Below, piece after piece: positions 17,482 through 34,367 of a stretch of 64,000 nucleotides of DNA. Every line of letters starts with the position of its first letter. Within the stretch, counting starts at the first letter, position 1. Under the pieces are notes generated by a model, which had not been told where the DNA came from, ran no database searches, and saw only the letters and a list, made by a program, of their open reading frames with translations. The position numbers and the translations under genes were made by a program. This stretch comes from Amoebidium appalachense. Taxonomy: Eukaryota; Protista; Ichthyosporea. The DNA lies in assembly GCA_963693365.1 (NCBI GenBank), contig CAVNZM010000001.1, forward strand, positions 62,001-126,000, written 5' to 3'.

Positions 17482-17873
17482 TCTACGCGCACACCCACAC
17501 ACACAGCTAGAACATAGGGGTTAGGAGCTAGGACACACGAGTACAGGGAAACGGAGCTCGGGAGCACGGGCCAATAGGGCTGAGTACAAATTTCGCAGGC
17601 CAACTACGGCGCCCGCGCGCGTCAAGAATAAATGTCCCTACACAAAGACGTTTATTCTGGCCACTGCACATAATTTTACTCCCCCCCCCCCCCCATCCCA
17701 CGAGCCTCCCCCCCCCCCCCTTACACTCACCTAGCACTCCCTCCCCCCCCCCCTTCTTCTACCTCTGTGTCCGCCCACACCCCCGCGTGCTCGGGCACAT
17801 TCCCCTGCACAGGGCCCCGCTGCCCTCCCTGCATCACCTGGGCCCAGCTGCTCTACTCTGACCCCCGGGGCCC

Positions 17874-17925
<52 letters not shown>

Positions 17926-17987
17926 CCTGCCGGGATCTCCCCAAGGGTGCCCCACCCTTGCTAACCACCCCTTCCCCCGAGGCTCAG

Positions 17988-19612
17988 ACCCGGAGGCCCG
18001 CCCGCTGCCCCAGCACCACATTGACACCTCCCGCCTCCGGGAACTGCTGGCCTCCTACCCAGACCAATCATTCGCCGCACAACTCCTCCACGATGTCGAA
18101 TTCGGCGTCGACATCGGCTATCGCGGCCCCTCCACCTCTCGGGTGGGCCCCAACCTACCCACCACCCCAGAGGCAGCTGCCGCTATCACGGCGGATATTG
18201 CCAAAGAAGTCGCCCTCGGCCACCTGCGCGGCCCCCTCCCCCCGGCCCAATTCTTTGACGAATTTCCGGTCCACCGCTCCTCCCCCATCGGCGCCGTTAC
18301 CAAGAAAGGGAACCCCCCCAAGTACCGTCGAATCCACCACCTCTCCTGGCCCCGGGGTAGCAGTGTCAATGACAGCATCACCTACCCCGACGAACTTCAG
18401 TACATTCGCGCCCGGGATGTCACCCAGCTCATTCTCGACGCAGGCCCCGGCTGCTACATGGCCGTGGCAGATGTGCAGGCTGCCTTCCGGCACATGCCCA
18501 TCCGACCAGAAGACCACCACTTAATGGCATTCAAATGGCAGGGGCATTTTTACGTTGAAACCAGACTGCCCTTCGGCCTGAAATCTAGCCCAGCCATCTG
18601 GGAACGGATCGCGTCCACCCTACAGTGGCTGGCACACCAGCACGGTATTACCCTCATCCGCCACTACGTAGACGACTGGATTATAGTCGCCCCCACACAA
18701 GAGCAGTGCCAACGTCACCTATCCACCTTCCTGCAACTCTGCCGAGAGCTGCACCAATTTGCCATCTCCGAAGACAAGATGCAGGGCCCGGCTACCCGTG
18801 TCGTCTTCATCGGTATCGAATTCGACTCCATCGCCATGGAGGCACGAATCCCGGCTTCCAAGCTCTCGGACCTACTCGACCTCACTTCCCACCCAAAGCC
18901 CACCATCACCATTCGGGACCTCCAGTCCCTCCTCGGCAAACTCACCTGGTGTGCCCAGCTGGTTCCCCCCGGGAGGGCCTTCTCCCAGCGCCTATGGGCC
19001 CTTCTCCGGACCCACCCACACCTTGCCGGCCACCACCACATACGACTGACTGCTGCCGCCCGGGCCGACATAGCCGAATGGCACCAGTTCCTCACATCAT
19101 GGAATGGGGTGCACCTCATCACACCCCCCACATACACCACCCTGGCCACCGATGCTGCCGGATCGGTGGGTCTAGGAGGCCACTGGCTCGACCAATGGTT
19201 CTTCATGCCCTGGTCCCCCTCCACCCAAGCCCTCTATGCTCATGAGGGTAAACTCGGTTCTTCCGTCATCGAACTCCTGGCCATCGCAGCCGCCGTGGCC
19301 CTCTGGGCCCCCTCCTGGTCCACCCACCATGTCCGTATTTTATGCGACAACACGGGTGCTGTGTCTGACCTGCACTCCCGGTCTTCCCCCCACCCCGTGA
19401 TGGCCAAACTTATTCGGTTCATCACCCGCATGGAAATGCAATACCAATTTACGTTACAGGCATCCTACCTACCAGGACCCCTCAACCATCTGGCCGATGC
19501 CATTTCTCGTAACCAACTTCCCCGGGCCCGACGACTCCGACCTTCCCTGCAACCGGAGCCCTGCCCCTTCCCCTCCTGGGTCCACGAGTTCCTATCCCTT
19601 CCCTTGGGCTAA
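17988..19612 (+). CDS. pol: Ngaro RT/RNase H, uninterrupted from the putative splice acceptor
   Basis: Same motifs as copy 1 (YVDD, TDAAG, CDN, ADAISR). The frame is open from the CAG at 17985-17987. Confidence 0.92.
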
Positions 19613-19640
19613 CACCCCCCCCCCCCCCCCCCCCCCCCAG

Positions 19641-20450
19641 ATTTCCCGTTCCGGAGCAACACTGGCAGATTGGCCCCCCACTTTGCTCCGGCCGAGCTGC
19701 GTCGAGCCACCACTACCCTGCAGGAATGCCAGGCCCTGAGTCTCAACCTCGACTCTCGGGCCTTTTACTCCCGGGGGCAAAAAGTGTTCATCGATTTCTG
19801 TGTGGCATCTCGGCTGCAATCCTTCTCCGGGTCCTCCCTCCCGGCCTCCCCACACACCGTGCAACTTTTTCTCGCCTGGTGTGCCCAACGAGGGGTACAG
19901 GCCTCTTCCTTAACCGGCTACAATTCGGCCATCACCAGACTCCACCTCGACATGGGCCTCCCTGCTCCCTACCCCCACGACAAGTCTCTGGCCTGGTTCC
20001 TACGGGGGGTGGGCAGATGGCAGCTTTCTCACAACATCCGACCCCGTTCATCCACCAGGGAACCCCTCCTGCCCTCCCACCTCAGCCTACTCCATGGCCA
20101 GTGCCCCACCAAGGCCTCCTCGGCCAATCTCCGGCTATGGACGGCCCTCATCGTCGGTTTCTGTGGTCTCCTCCGTTCAGGGGAATTTACCTCCAAGACC
20201 CTGACTTCTTTCGACCCGTCCCGTCACGTTAAACGGAAGGACGTGACCTTCAGCTACACCCCCACCGGTACTTTGTCGGCCACAGCCTCCGCATCGGGGG
20301 GGCCACAGCACTGGCTGAGGCCGGGGTCGACGACTCCCGGATCAAACAACTCGGCAGGTGGTCCTCCGACTGCTTCCTGATCTATACCCGACTTCGTCCG
20401 GCCTCCATTGCTGCCACCACCACACGTGTATTCGCCTCTCTTCTTAAGTG
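19641..20450 (+). pseudogene. Ngaro tyrosine recombinase with ~240-bp frameshifting deletion
   Basis: ACTTTGTC is joined to GGCCACAGCCTCCG, removing the SKTD region that is present in copy 1. Confidence 0.85.
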
Positions 20451-21137
20451 AAACCTTTGGAGCAAGCATACTGCTCTCGTGCCGTTGTTTACAACCATTG
20501 CAGGTTCACTTTCGTCCAAGGGGATGTCCCCCTAGAGGCAACACACGTCCCCGGGAGTAGTTTTCATAGAGGTTTTATTTGTGGAAATTATTGACATAAA
20601 TATTTTTCTGGGTAAACACGTAGGATGGGTGTTCGATACCAACATAACCATGTAGGCTTCATTTCGTGTTTTAGCAGTTAGCGGTTGGCTGCCCGCACAC
20701 GGGCACCTATTAGCCAATCAAAACATCAGATACCACAGATCACTAGACCGAGTTATGATTGGCTCGGATCAGATTTCACATATCACTAGATCGATTTTGA
20801 TTGGCTCAGATCGGTAGGCTTAGGTATATAAGCACGACAGTTTTTAGCAGATCAGCAAGCTACAAACACATCTTCTGTGTTTAGCATCCACAGCCTTACA
20901 GCTATATATTCCTTTTCACCCACCCACCTACACCCACACTCAACCCCCATTGATCCACACATACGTGCTGTTTTTTCACGGGGCGAAGACTTCCCCCGTT
21001 TTTTGGGCACATGGACCTCACGGATCAATAAATTGATGACTGGGGGCTTGCCGTGGTTTACAACCATTGCAGGTTCACTTTCGTCCAAGGGGATGTCCCC
21101 CTAGAGGCAACACACGTCCCGGAGTAGTTTTCATAGA

Positions 21138-21490
21138 TAGAGACGAACATAAATATATATGTGAGTTAATAGTGACTAGATGTATAATTACTTAATTTAT
21201 TCAAGTAAGAGTTTCTAAACTTTAGTTTAATCGAAAGTTGGAATGCGTATGCTCTGTCGGAATGTGTTTTTCTATCTTCTGATAGAACCGATTGGTTCTC
21301 CCTCTTTAGTTGTGATAAGGTGATAAGTCGCAAGTACAAAAGGAACCGAGAGCACAATAAAGAATTAGTTGTTGTTTGAAATCGTTCAATGTCTCGTGAA
21401 CAACTCCGATTGCCCTCTCATTAATGTGTTAGTCGTGTTTTACATGACACCTCTGTGCACTCTGCTCCCTTAGACCCGTACAAAACAACA
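21138..21490 (-). mobile_element. Probable LTR fragment, family D (starts TGTTGTTTTG on the minus strand), inserted into LTR C
   Basis: LTR C homology stops abruptly at GAAATAT and is followed by TGTTG. AT-rich and single-copy in this window. Confidence 0.4.
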
Positions 21491-21867
21491 ATATTTCCTA
21501 ATAGTCGACACTCTCAAAGTGAAGACACTTTGCAATAAACCGAATTCCATATATATCTATTGTCCAATCACAACACACATATATTAATAGACTGGAATGC
21601 ACAACACAATCTACAGATGTACTCGCTCGCGACTATTGGCGAGCCATCCTTTTGAGAACAAAACTAAGCCATTTTGAAATAAAGGAAAGACAACGAGTGA
21701 GGCTAGCCAATCACGCTACCTCTCAGATAAACAGAGGAGAGCAAACAGAAATAAAAACACAATAAGTTCTTATCAGGCAAGAGAGCCAGGTGTGCACAGA
21801 TCTACAGATATCTGTGCTCACAGAAACAAGGGAGTGAGAGATACGGGGGGGGGGGGGGGGGGGGGGG

Positions 21868-21925
<58 letters not shown>

Positions 21926-22017
21926 ACAAAGAAGGAAAGCAGACACGAATACAAACAAGCTAAGACACATACATACTTCAAGGCTCTTGCTGTCATACAT
22001 GGTGACGTATTCCAACA
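21491..22017 (-). mobile_element. LTR family C, second copy (contains (CT)n and poly-C), inserted in a gypsy LTR
   Basis: Reverse complement of 12561-12841 + 15643-15907; begins TGTTGGAATACG at 22017. Confidence 0.8.
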
Positions 22018-25000
22018 CCGACTCAGTCTGTCTCAGACTTTACTGATGTGATACCCGTACCGGGACGGCTTTCTTATATAGCCCCCAGGTTTCGGATCAA
22101 GGCCCAGGATTGGTTCATCCGCGGCCAGCGCGGGTGGCAACATGCCATTCGTGATTCTGGTGCGGTCCGAGCCAGTCAGACCTTCGTTCTATTTATGCAA
22201 ACGTCTTATTGGTTCACTTCGTTTATGTGGTATGCAGCGGGGTGCGGACATAATATTTATGTGATATTCGTGGCAAAGCACGAATCGTGTGCTAGTACAT
22301 CACATTCTTTAGTAAACATGTACAGTTCATGTGTACAGTTTTCACTCCCCCCCCTTGTCGGGAGCCTGGTGGTGTCGTTAGACAAGCAAACCACCAGGCT
22401 GAGAGGCGATAAACAACCTTCAGCGAGAATTCTTGTGCGCCGAGCTGCGGGGCAGAACAGAGCAAGGACAGTGGCATAGACTTGTGCAAGTCTATGAGAA
22501 CTTCATGTTCCAAAAACACAACATAGTCATGCAGCATTCTTCTGAGTTTTTGTTTTCCGTGGCGAAGATTGTTGCAGAGTGTGATTGCGAATTAATCGCT
22601 TCGTCGCTGTGCTTGGCATTTTCTGTAGAAGTTTGTACTTTCCTTTTTATGAAATTTTTTCCTTTTTAGGATACTCCCGCAGATTCGTTTTCAATTGCGA
22701 GTAATTTAGTTGTGTGGATGAATGATCATACCAAACATTCGAAAATGAATAAAACTCAAGCCTTAGGTCACTTCGTAGCTCAGGTAGTGCTGGATAGCTT
22801 CTTAGCCGCTGCCCCTTATGGTTCTACCTTAATATTATAAGGCGAGTCACCATGGCCAGAAAAGCCACTTCTTTCACGAACAAAGAGCACTTCTTAAAGT
22901 TTCCTTTCAGCTTTAACCCTGCATCATCGGAGCTGGGAAAAACATGAATAAAAATGCCCTAAGTGTTCTTCGTTGGGTGACATAAAGAAATATATCAGCC
23001 CGTCAGAACCAGTAAAAACCCGGTTCATAATTCATAAGAAGAGGGTAGGCAAAGCAAACCTTCTTCAAAAAACACATGCTTCCATTCGTGAGCAGTTTTC
23101 GTATCCCATGAGCCAGCGATTTTTGTTGAGCAGGGGGATTCCAGGCATAATACATTCTTCTGGAGGCTTGGCCTCAAAAGAAAAGTCATCACAGTCGCCC
23201 TTTCTTTTGTAAGCAACTTCGTGAGTGCGCTTCGTGTTTTCATATCCTCCAATGCAGGTCTGGATGGTGCCCCATCCTCTGCTTCATTTGTAGGTGGCCC
23301 TACTGTTGGTTCTGTTCGTTGTGTGGAATACCAAAACCATTTGTGTTCGTGGAACTGCTTTGTGCTGTGCTTTCTTTCGTGTTGGTGTTCATGAATTTAC
23401 CCCGCTCACACACCCTACTTCTCACATACATCAGATGTAAGTAGCTGCCTGGTGAGCGTGTGGTACGTGTTCGTTGGACCCTTCCATTACTTCCTAAGAA
23501 GAGCATTTCGTTTTAGCAGAGGTACCCAATAAGGCAGCTTGTGGGGTTGTCTCCCGCCTGTGCCCATTGGTGGGGTGTGTACGTGCTAAAGGGTTACAGT
23601 GTCATCGGATTTTGCAAGGGAATAACATGGTCACCTCCGTACCAGCGCCTAGGTACACGTGATGGTCTGATGTGTTAGTCAACAACACCTTGCATTCGTA
23701 TTCGTCCTCAATCACACTTTCTTCCCTACTGGAGAGGTGGGATTCATTATTCGAAATTCGAGCTAAACTGGTGACACTGCATGCTGGTGTTGTGCGGGAC
23801 GGTGCCCTTGCAACATTATTTATTCTTTTATTCTGGTGGGGGTGTGCCGGCAGCAATTTTATTTTGCATGCCGGTATTCAAGGCTTTACCGCATAGTTCG
23901 TATGTTATAGTATTTATACAGTATTGCCACACACTGGCAGTTACCTGTAAATTCGTACTCCACAGCTTCGTTTGTTTCACATGCACGAACAAAAGTTCTG
24001 CATCGACTTTATTACATGCCTTCTGTGCACCAAGAGTGCAAGTTCGTTGGGGCATGGCACCAGGAAGGGCCATACATGAGGCATACGTTCGTAACGTGCT
24101 TAGCCTAAGGCATGCAGGCATAAATTCGTGAGCATTTGTGCATCCTGTGCGCTAAACTATGGGCATGTGGTATTCGACAAGAGCAAGGGATTCGAAGCAT
24201 GCATGCAACACTACTTTCATAAGATCTTAGGTCCTACATGCTATAGCAACAGCGACGGTGCATTCATGCTGTGAGTGGCCGTGCATATAGTTGCAAGTGT
24301 GGACGTGCTCGCGGTGGCATGGACACGATGACTGTGTGCAATAGCGTAATGCACTTAAGGGCAACAGTTTTCTTTCTTCGTAACTGTCATCTTCACTTGA
24401 TTCTCAGCAAGACTTAGAAGTTGAGTTTTGTATTTATTTATTAGTTGTTGTAGTTTGTTTCCTTTTCCTTTCTTCATTTCTTTCTTTCTTTCCCGTTTCC
24501 GTGTACACGACATCTTAGATCTGTGTACGTATCGACATACTTAGCTCGCGCACACGTATTGTCGTTTGCGTCAAAATCTATATATGTCATCCAATCATAT
24601 CTCGTTTGTATTTTCCCAAATATAGTAACTTACATTCCTTTCTCATTCCTTTCCCACGACGTAGCATTGTGCTATGTTCTTCAACTATTAGGAATAATTA
24701 TATTTAGACGTGTTATGATAAGAACATGTATAAATGTATGTTATGAATTAATAGTAATATAAGTGGTTTCATTTTGTTAAATGTTTCCGTGCTTTTATTA
24801 GAAGTTTCTTTCATTAGAGGATTGAGTTTTATATTCTATGTGTCGACAGACATTTTAATCGATATATTTTACACTCATAGTTTTCGTTCTTTTGATTGGT
24901 TTATCGTTTCACATTCCCAAGTATAAAAGGGACCTCATCTTGAAATAAATCGTAAGCAGTCGTATTCATTTCCTATGGTTCCAGAAATCGTTCCACCTCT

Positions 25001-26117
25001 CCGGTTGTGCTTCTCCCGTGTGTCTCTGTGTTGTGTATTACATAACATCCATCTGTGCTCTCTGCTTCTCCGTTTACCCACACAAAATAACAGTAACATA
25101 GAGGGGGCTGTGTGCATTGCAACCCACGCAGTGTTGTGCAGTCGTTCTTTTCATTTTCGTATTTCCATTTCATTTTGCTTTCGTTTTTCGTTTTTCGTCG
25201 TATGATAACTTCGTTACTTCGTTTTGTTTTCGTGAATGCATTCATTTCGTATTTCCTCTATGCATTCGTTTGTCGTTGATTCGTTATTTCGTTGTGTATT
25301 CGTGATGGTTCGTTTTTCGTTAGTTCATTGCTTCGTTAGTAATTCTTTATTCGTTTGTTCGTGTATTCGTTGTTTCGTTGTGTTTTCGTTTTTCTTCACA
25401 TTTTTTATGTGTCGTAGCAAAAGAAGATTTTCATGCTTTCGATTCTTTCCGTGTTCTTCGAGGTGGGCTGGCCACTTCAAACTTTTCGGTGTATATTCTA
25501 AGCCGGAGAAGGAAAGATGTGCCTATCATCGTGGTAAAAAGGATTGTGATCGGCCATGGGAGATTCTTGAGCTGATTAAAAGATCTGAGATTCTTGAACT
25601 GATTGAAAGATGTGAGATTCGAGGGATGCGAGATTCTTGAACTGCGCGGTCGCCAATGTAAACAGTTGGACTAGTTAGGATAAGGCAGAGTACAACTGAA
25701 TCAAAATAAAGACAGAGAACGGGTAGAAAGGCACACGCGGCCAGGTTGCTTTTACTATGGGCCGACTCAGTCTGTCTCAGACTTCACTGATGTGATCCCC
25801 GTACTGGGACGGCTTTCTTATATACCCCCTAGGTTTCAGATCAAAGTCCAGGATTGGTTCATCCGCGGCCAGCGCGGGTGGCAACATGCCATTCGTGATT
25901 CTGGTGCGGTCCGAGCCAGTCAGATCTTCGTCCTATTTATGCAAGCATCTTATTGGTTCACTTCGTTTATGTGGTATGCAGCGGTAGAATCATATATGGT
26001 TCACTTCTTATGTAAGATTGATTCCTATTGGTGCGGACATAATATTTATGTGATATTCGTGACAAAGCACGAATCGTGTGCTAGTACATCACATTCTTTA
26101 GTAAACATGTACAGTTC
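22018..26117 (-). mobile_element. Gypsy-derived non-autonomous LTR element, copy 3 (older); LTRs 26117-25657 and 22344-22018
   Basis: PBS TGGCGACCGCG and PPT are present. The two LTRs have diverged and both are interrupted. Carries a copia solo LTR. Confidence 0.88.
24385..25092 (+). mobile_element. Copia solo LTR (family B, 708 bp)
   Basis: TGTCATC...AATAACA; 5-bp TSD GTAAC; matches 40093-40801. Confidence 0.93.
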
Positions 26118-26731
26118 GGTTTTATTTGTGGAGTTTTATTGACATAAATATTTTTCTGGGTAAACACGTAGGATGGGTGTCCGATATCAACATAACCATG
26201 TAGGCTTCGTTTCGTGTTTTAGCAGCTCGCGTTCGGCTGCCCGCATACGGGCACCTATTAGCCGATCAAAACATCAGATTCCACAGATCACTAGACCGAG
26301 TTTGATTGGCTCAGGATTAGATTTCACATAACACTAGGTCGATTTTGATTGGCTCAGATCGGTAGCCTTAGGTATATAAGCACGACAGTTTTTGGCAGAT
26401 CAGCAACCAACAGACACATCTTCTGTGTTTAGCACCTACAGCTTTACAGCTATATTTTCTTTTCATTCTCCCTATCTTTCCCTACGCCGGTCAGCAGGCC
26501 GCCGAAAAAACGCCAGGCCTCAGCCACCGCCCCTGCCGCGGCACCTAAGCGCCTGACCCGCAGCGACCTCCGCCACAGGCTGTCCAACGCTCCCGCGGGC
26601 CCTGACGCGCCTCCCGAGGCACATACCACCACGGACCCTCCGGCTACTCTCCCCTCCACTACTGAAGTCCCTCCTCAGGCCCCGCCGTCCCCGCCGATGA
26701 CTTCTCAAGACGCCGTCCTTGCCGCCCTCAC
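26118..26731 (+). mobile_element. Ngaro copy 5: A1 and 5' gag (ATG mutated to AGG)
   Basis: A repeat starting GGTTTTATTT, then gag homology up to the copia insertion. Confidence 0.88.
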
Positions 26732-27890
26732 TGTCATCTTCACTTGATTCTCAGCAAGACTTAGAAGTTGAGTTTTGTATTTATTTATTAGTTGTTGTAG
26801 TTTGTTTCCTTTTCCTTTCTTCATTTCTTTCTTTCTTTTCCGTTTCCGTGTACACGACATCTTAGATCTGTGTACGTATCGACATACTTAGCTCGCGCAC
26901 ACGTATTGTCGTTTGTGTCAAAATCTATATATGTCATCCAATCATATCTCGTTTGTATTTTCCCAAATATAGTAACTTACATTCCTTTCTCATTCCTTTC
27001 CCACGACGTAGCATTGTGCTATGTTCTCCAACTATTAGGAATAATTATATTTAGACGTGTTATGATAAGAACATGTATAAATGTATGTTATGAATTAATA
27101 GTTATATAAGTGGTTTCATTTTGTTAAATGTTTCCGTGCTTTTATTAGAAGTTTCTTTCATTAGAGGATTGAGTTTTATATTCTATGTGTCGACAGACAT
27201 TTTAATCGATATATTTTACACTCATAGTTTTCGTTCTTTTGATTGGTTTATCGTTTCACATTCCCAAGTATAAAAGGGACCTCATCTTGAAATAAATCGT
27301 AAGCAGTCGTATTCATCTCCTATGGTTCCAGAAATCGTTCCACCTCTCCGGTTGTGTTTTTCCCGTGTGTCTCTGTGTTGTGTATATCATAACACCCATC
27401 TGTGCTCTCTGCTTCTCCGTTTACCCACACAAAATAACAGGTTTACGGCCCCTTTGCACGCTAACACACAATCTCGTTACAACCGCGAAATTCCTCAGTC
27501 TAACTGCTTCAATCATGACTGACAAACCGTCGTATATCAACCTTCCAATATGGAATCCGTCCGAGAAACGAGACGAGAAACGTCTTAATTATTTCGAGTG
27601 GGAGCCACTCATTCACCGGTTCATTAGAACAACCATTGCCGAGAAATTCGTTGACGCTATCAAGAGGCCACAGTGGGTTGACGGCGCTGAAGCCAACCAG
27701 TGGCTAGGCTACACCACCAAGGACTCCTACAAGAAAGCTTCCGACGTCCTCGACCAGATCCTCAACCAGTCCGTCCACCCGACCGAGCTCTACGACTCCG
27801 GCCGGATGCAAGACGGTGTCCACGGTGGTGAAGTCTTCCACAACCTACGTATGGCGTATGTAGCAGAGAAGGAGGCCCGAGTCACTCAGA
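26732..27890 (+). mobile_element. Copia 5' fragment: LTR 26732-27439, PBS-like GGTTTACGGCCCC, truncated gag from 27514
   Basis: Matches 40093-41250; homology ends at ~27890. Confidence 0.9.
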
Positions 27891-28559
27891 CACCATCTGA
27901 TGTGATTGGATGTTATTATGTCACCATTCTTATAGTCCTGCGGCCGCAGAACACAAACCGTTGACGTACTCTCGCGGCAAACTTTGTTTTGGGGAACAGA
28001 ATCATCGTTACTTTGAACTGTTAAGGCTATCTTCTTTTTTGCCAGCCTGAAATGCAGGTGCTTGGACTAGTGCTACGTGGGGCCTGGGTCTCTCTTCGAC
28101 ACGACCTATTAGTACACCACGCCTGTCTGGATCTGGTGGCTGGTATGTGCTTATATAGGTTTCCTGTCTTACAGTTAACACGTACGTCGATAACAAAACA
28201 AAAAAGAACGGAGAAAGAGAGGGGTGCGTAGAAGAATAAACGAGGGAGGTTAGGAGGTTTTTTGAAAGAGAACGTACAGTACTGTAGCTGTCCACAGTTA
28301 CCGGATGTTTTCATTTGGCTTTGCTTATAAGTAGTCGTGGGGTCAGCTGCAGTTTTTAGGAAATTTGCTTTTTGTTCGCAACTATGTTCCCAAGTGTCAC
28401 ACGATTTGTTTCAGGAGCTTGAAACCCTGGTTCCAACCCACCACCACTTTCTGTGGAGCTTATCACGCTGTTGTGATTTAAGCATCACCAGCATCATCTT
28501 GATGTTTTCAAACCTACATTATGGGCATCACTTGCACAACAGTACCCAGGGGTTCTGTT

Positions 28560-32890
<4,331 letters not shown>

Positions 32891-33949
32891 CTTGTTTTAG
32901 TGTTAAACGTGTTTCCCAATGGCATGACGTGGCTGAAAATGCACGAGATTTTTATGGACTCCACGAAATGCAACCATTGATGATTATCTTCCAGGCATGT
33001 CCCATAGTTTAGATACAGATCTAGTTTTCACTAGATCCTTTGTTGCTGGGTGTTTTGTTTAAAAAACACAAAAATCCATTTTTTTTTTTGGATGGCATTA
33101 GTAAGCTATGAAGTTTCTAACTAGATGCTCTACCATCTAGAACTGATTAGAATCAGAGGGCATGGGAGAGTAACATATTGTTTACATGTCTGAAATTTAT
33201 ATTCTTGTTGGACTTCGTATGGGCAAAGCTAAACAACCACTAGAAAATGTAAGATCTGGATGTACCTAGATGTAACAAACATATTTATCTTCAATGAAAC
33301 TCCCTTCTCTGTGCATTTCGACAGTGTGTTGCCTTTGGTACGTTGCATCTATCTTGATTAAAAATACTGAAGTTTATGAATAAAATTGTATGTGGAAGAG
33401 AGCTTTCAGAGTTAGGTTATGAGGCTTGGCTTAGTTGTTGAATCTTGAGTGGATTGATATTTTTGCCTAATCCACGAGCCAACAATCGTACCCTAAATGA
33501 GGTTATAGTATACCGTACTATGTGTAAGATGAACGGAAGAACGAAGATACCATACGGCCCCAGGCTCACTGCGTGGGTTTATGATAATGCACTGTGCATA
33601 TGTTAACAACATACACTGGACCCCGATTTGTGGGCCAGAAATAAAGGAGGTCGTGCTTCAGCGATGCTCCAAGGACCTGAAGCCAAGACAGAAATATGAT
33701 AATGCCGGCAAGCAGAGTTGAAGCTGAAATATATGTGTGACACAAAAAATCAAAAACACTAATGCCCAAACATGCCGGAAATCTAGTTGCACACTCTAGC
33801 AGATATACTGTTTCACACCTTTATTCAGAACCATAAATATTCAGTAATAATCGTCATTTTGCACAGAAATGTGAGATACCCCAGAAATCGGAAGCAACCT
33901 CCTTTGACATGTGTGATCAGACTTCATTAATTTACTTTAGTTTTCATGT

Positions 33950-34367
33950 GTTGCCGGGCTTTAACCAATCATCAAGGATAAGTGTGATATGTCTGAGTCT
34001 TTGCAGTGTATCATAGGTTAGAACTTCCTTGATAATGACACGAGTTGATCTTAACTAGTGTCTGTGTCCTATCGTGTGCGTCTCCGCGTACCAGATCTCT
34101 CTGAAAGCAATTGGTTCTTAGTGATTGGTTTCTATTAGAAACAGATCTGATTTCCGACTGGTCGGAAATCATGTATGGATTAGACTTAAGGGAATTTCAG
34201 GTATTTATTCGAGATCAAAATAAATTGAGTTTAGTCGTGTCTAAACATTGATGTCTGTTGTGTACACTGCTCCGATCGTTCCGTGTTTTGTTGTTGTGTG
34301 TCTGTGGTGTTTTCACACTGCACCACTGTGTCTCTGCTTCCATCCCAAACACTTATATAATTTTACA
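33950..34367 (+). mobile_element. Possible LTR 3' end (family F) inserted into copia RNase H; 5' boundary unknown
   Basis: TG/CT-rich U5-like sequence ending TTTTACA, directly abutting copia RH sequence at 34368. Confidence 0.35.

Larger units (their letters stand above)
15931..21137 (+). mobile_element. Ngaro copy 4, near full length: A1 15931-16281, gag, pol, YR (internal deletion at ~20277), B1 20480-20570, A2 20571-20919, B2 21049-21137
   Basis: Split direct repeat architecture A1...B1-A2-B2, as in Ngaro/PAT-type YR retrotransposons. The B1/A2 junction CATAGA|GGTTTT joins the two element ends. Confidence 0.93.

Noticed and set aside
17475-17960. ATG overlapping the gag stop as the pol start
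   Set aside because: Closed by stops or frameshifts in both available copies (17475 and 47058). Not fully excluded, because homopolymer errors are possible.
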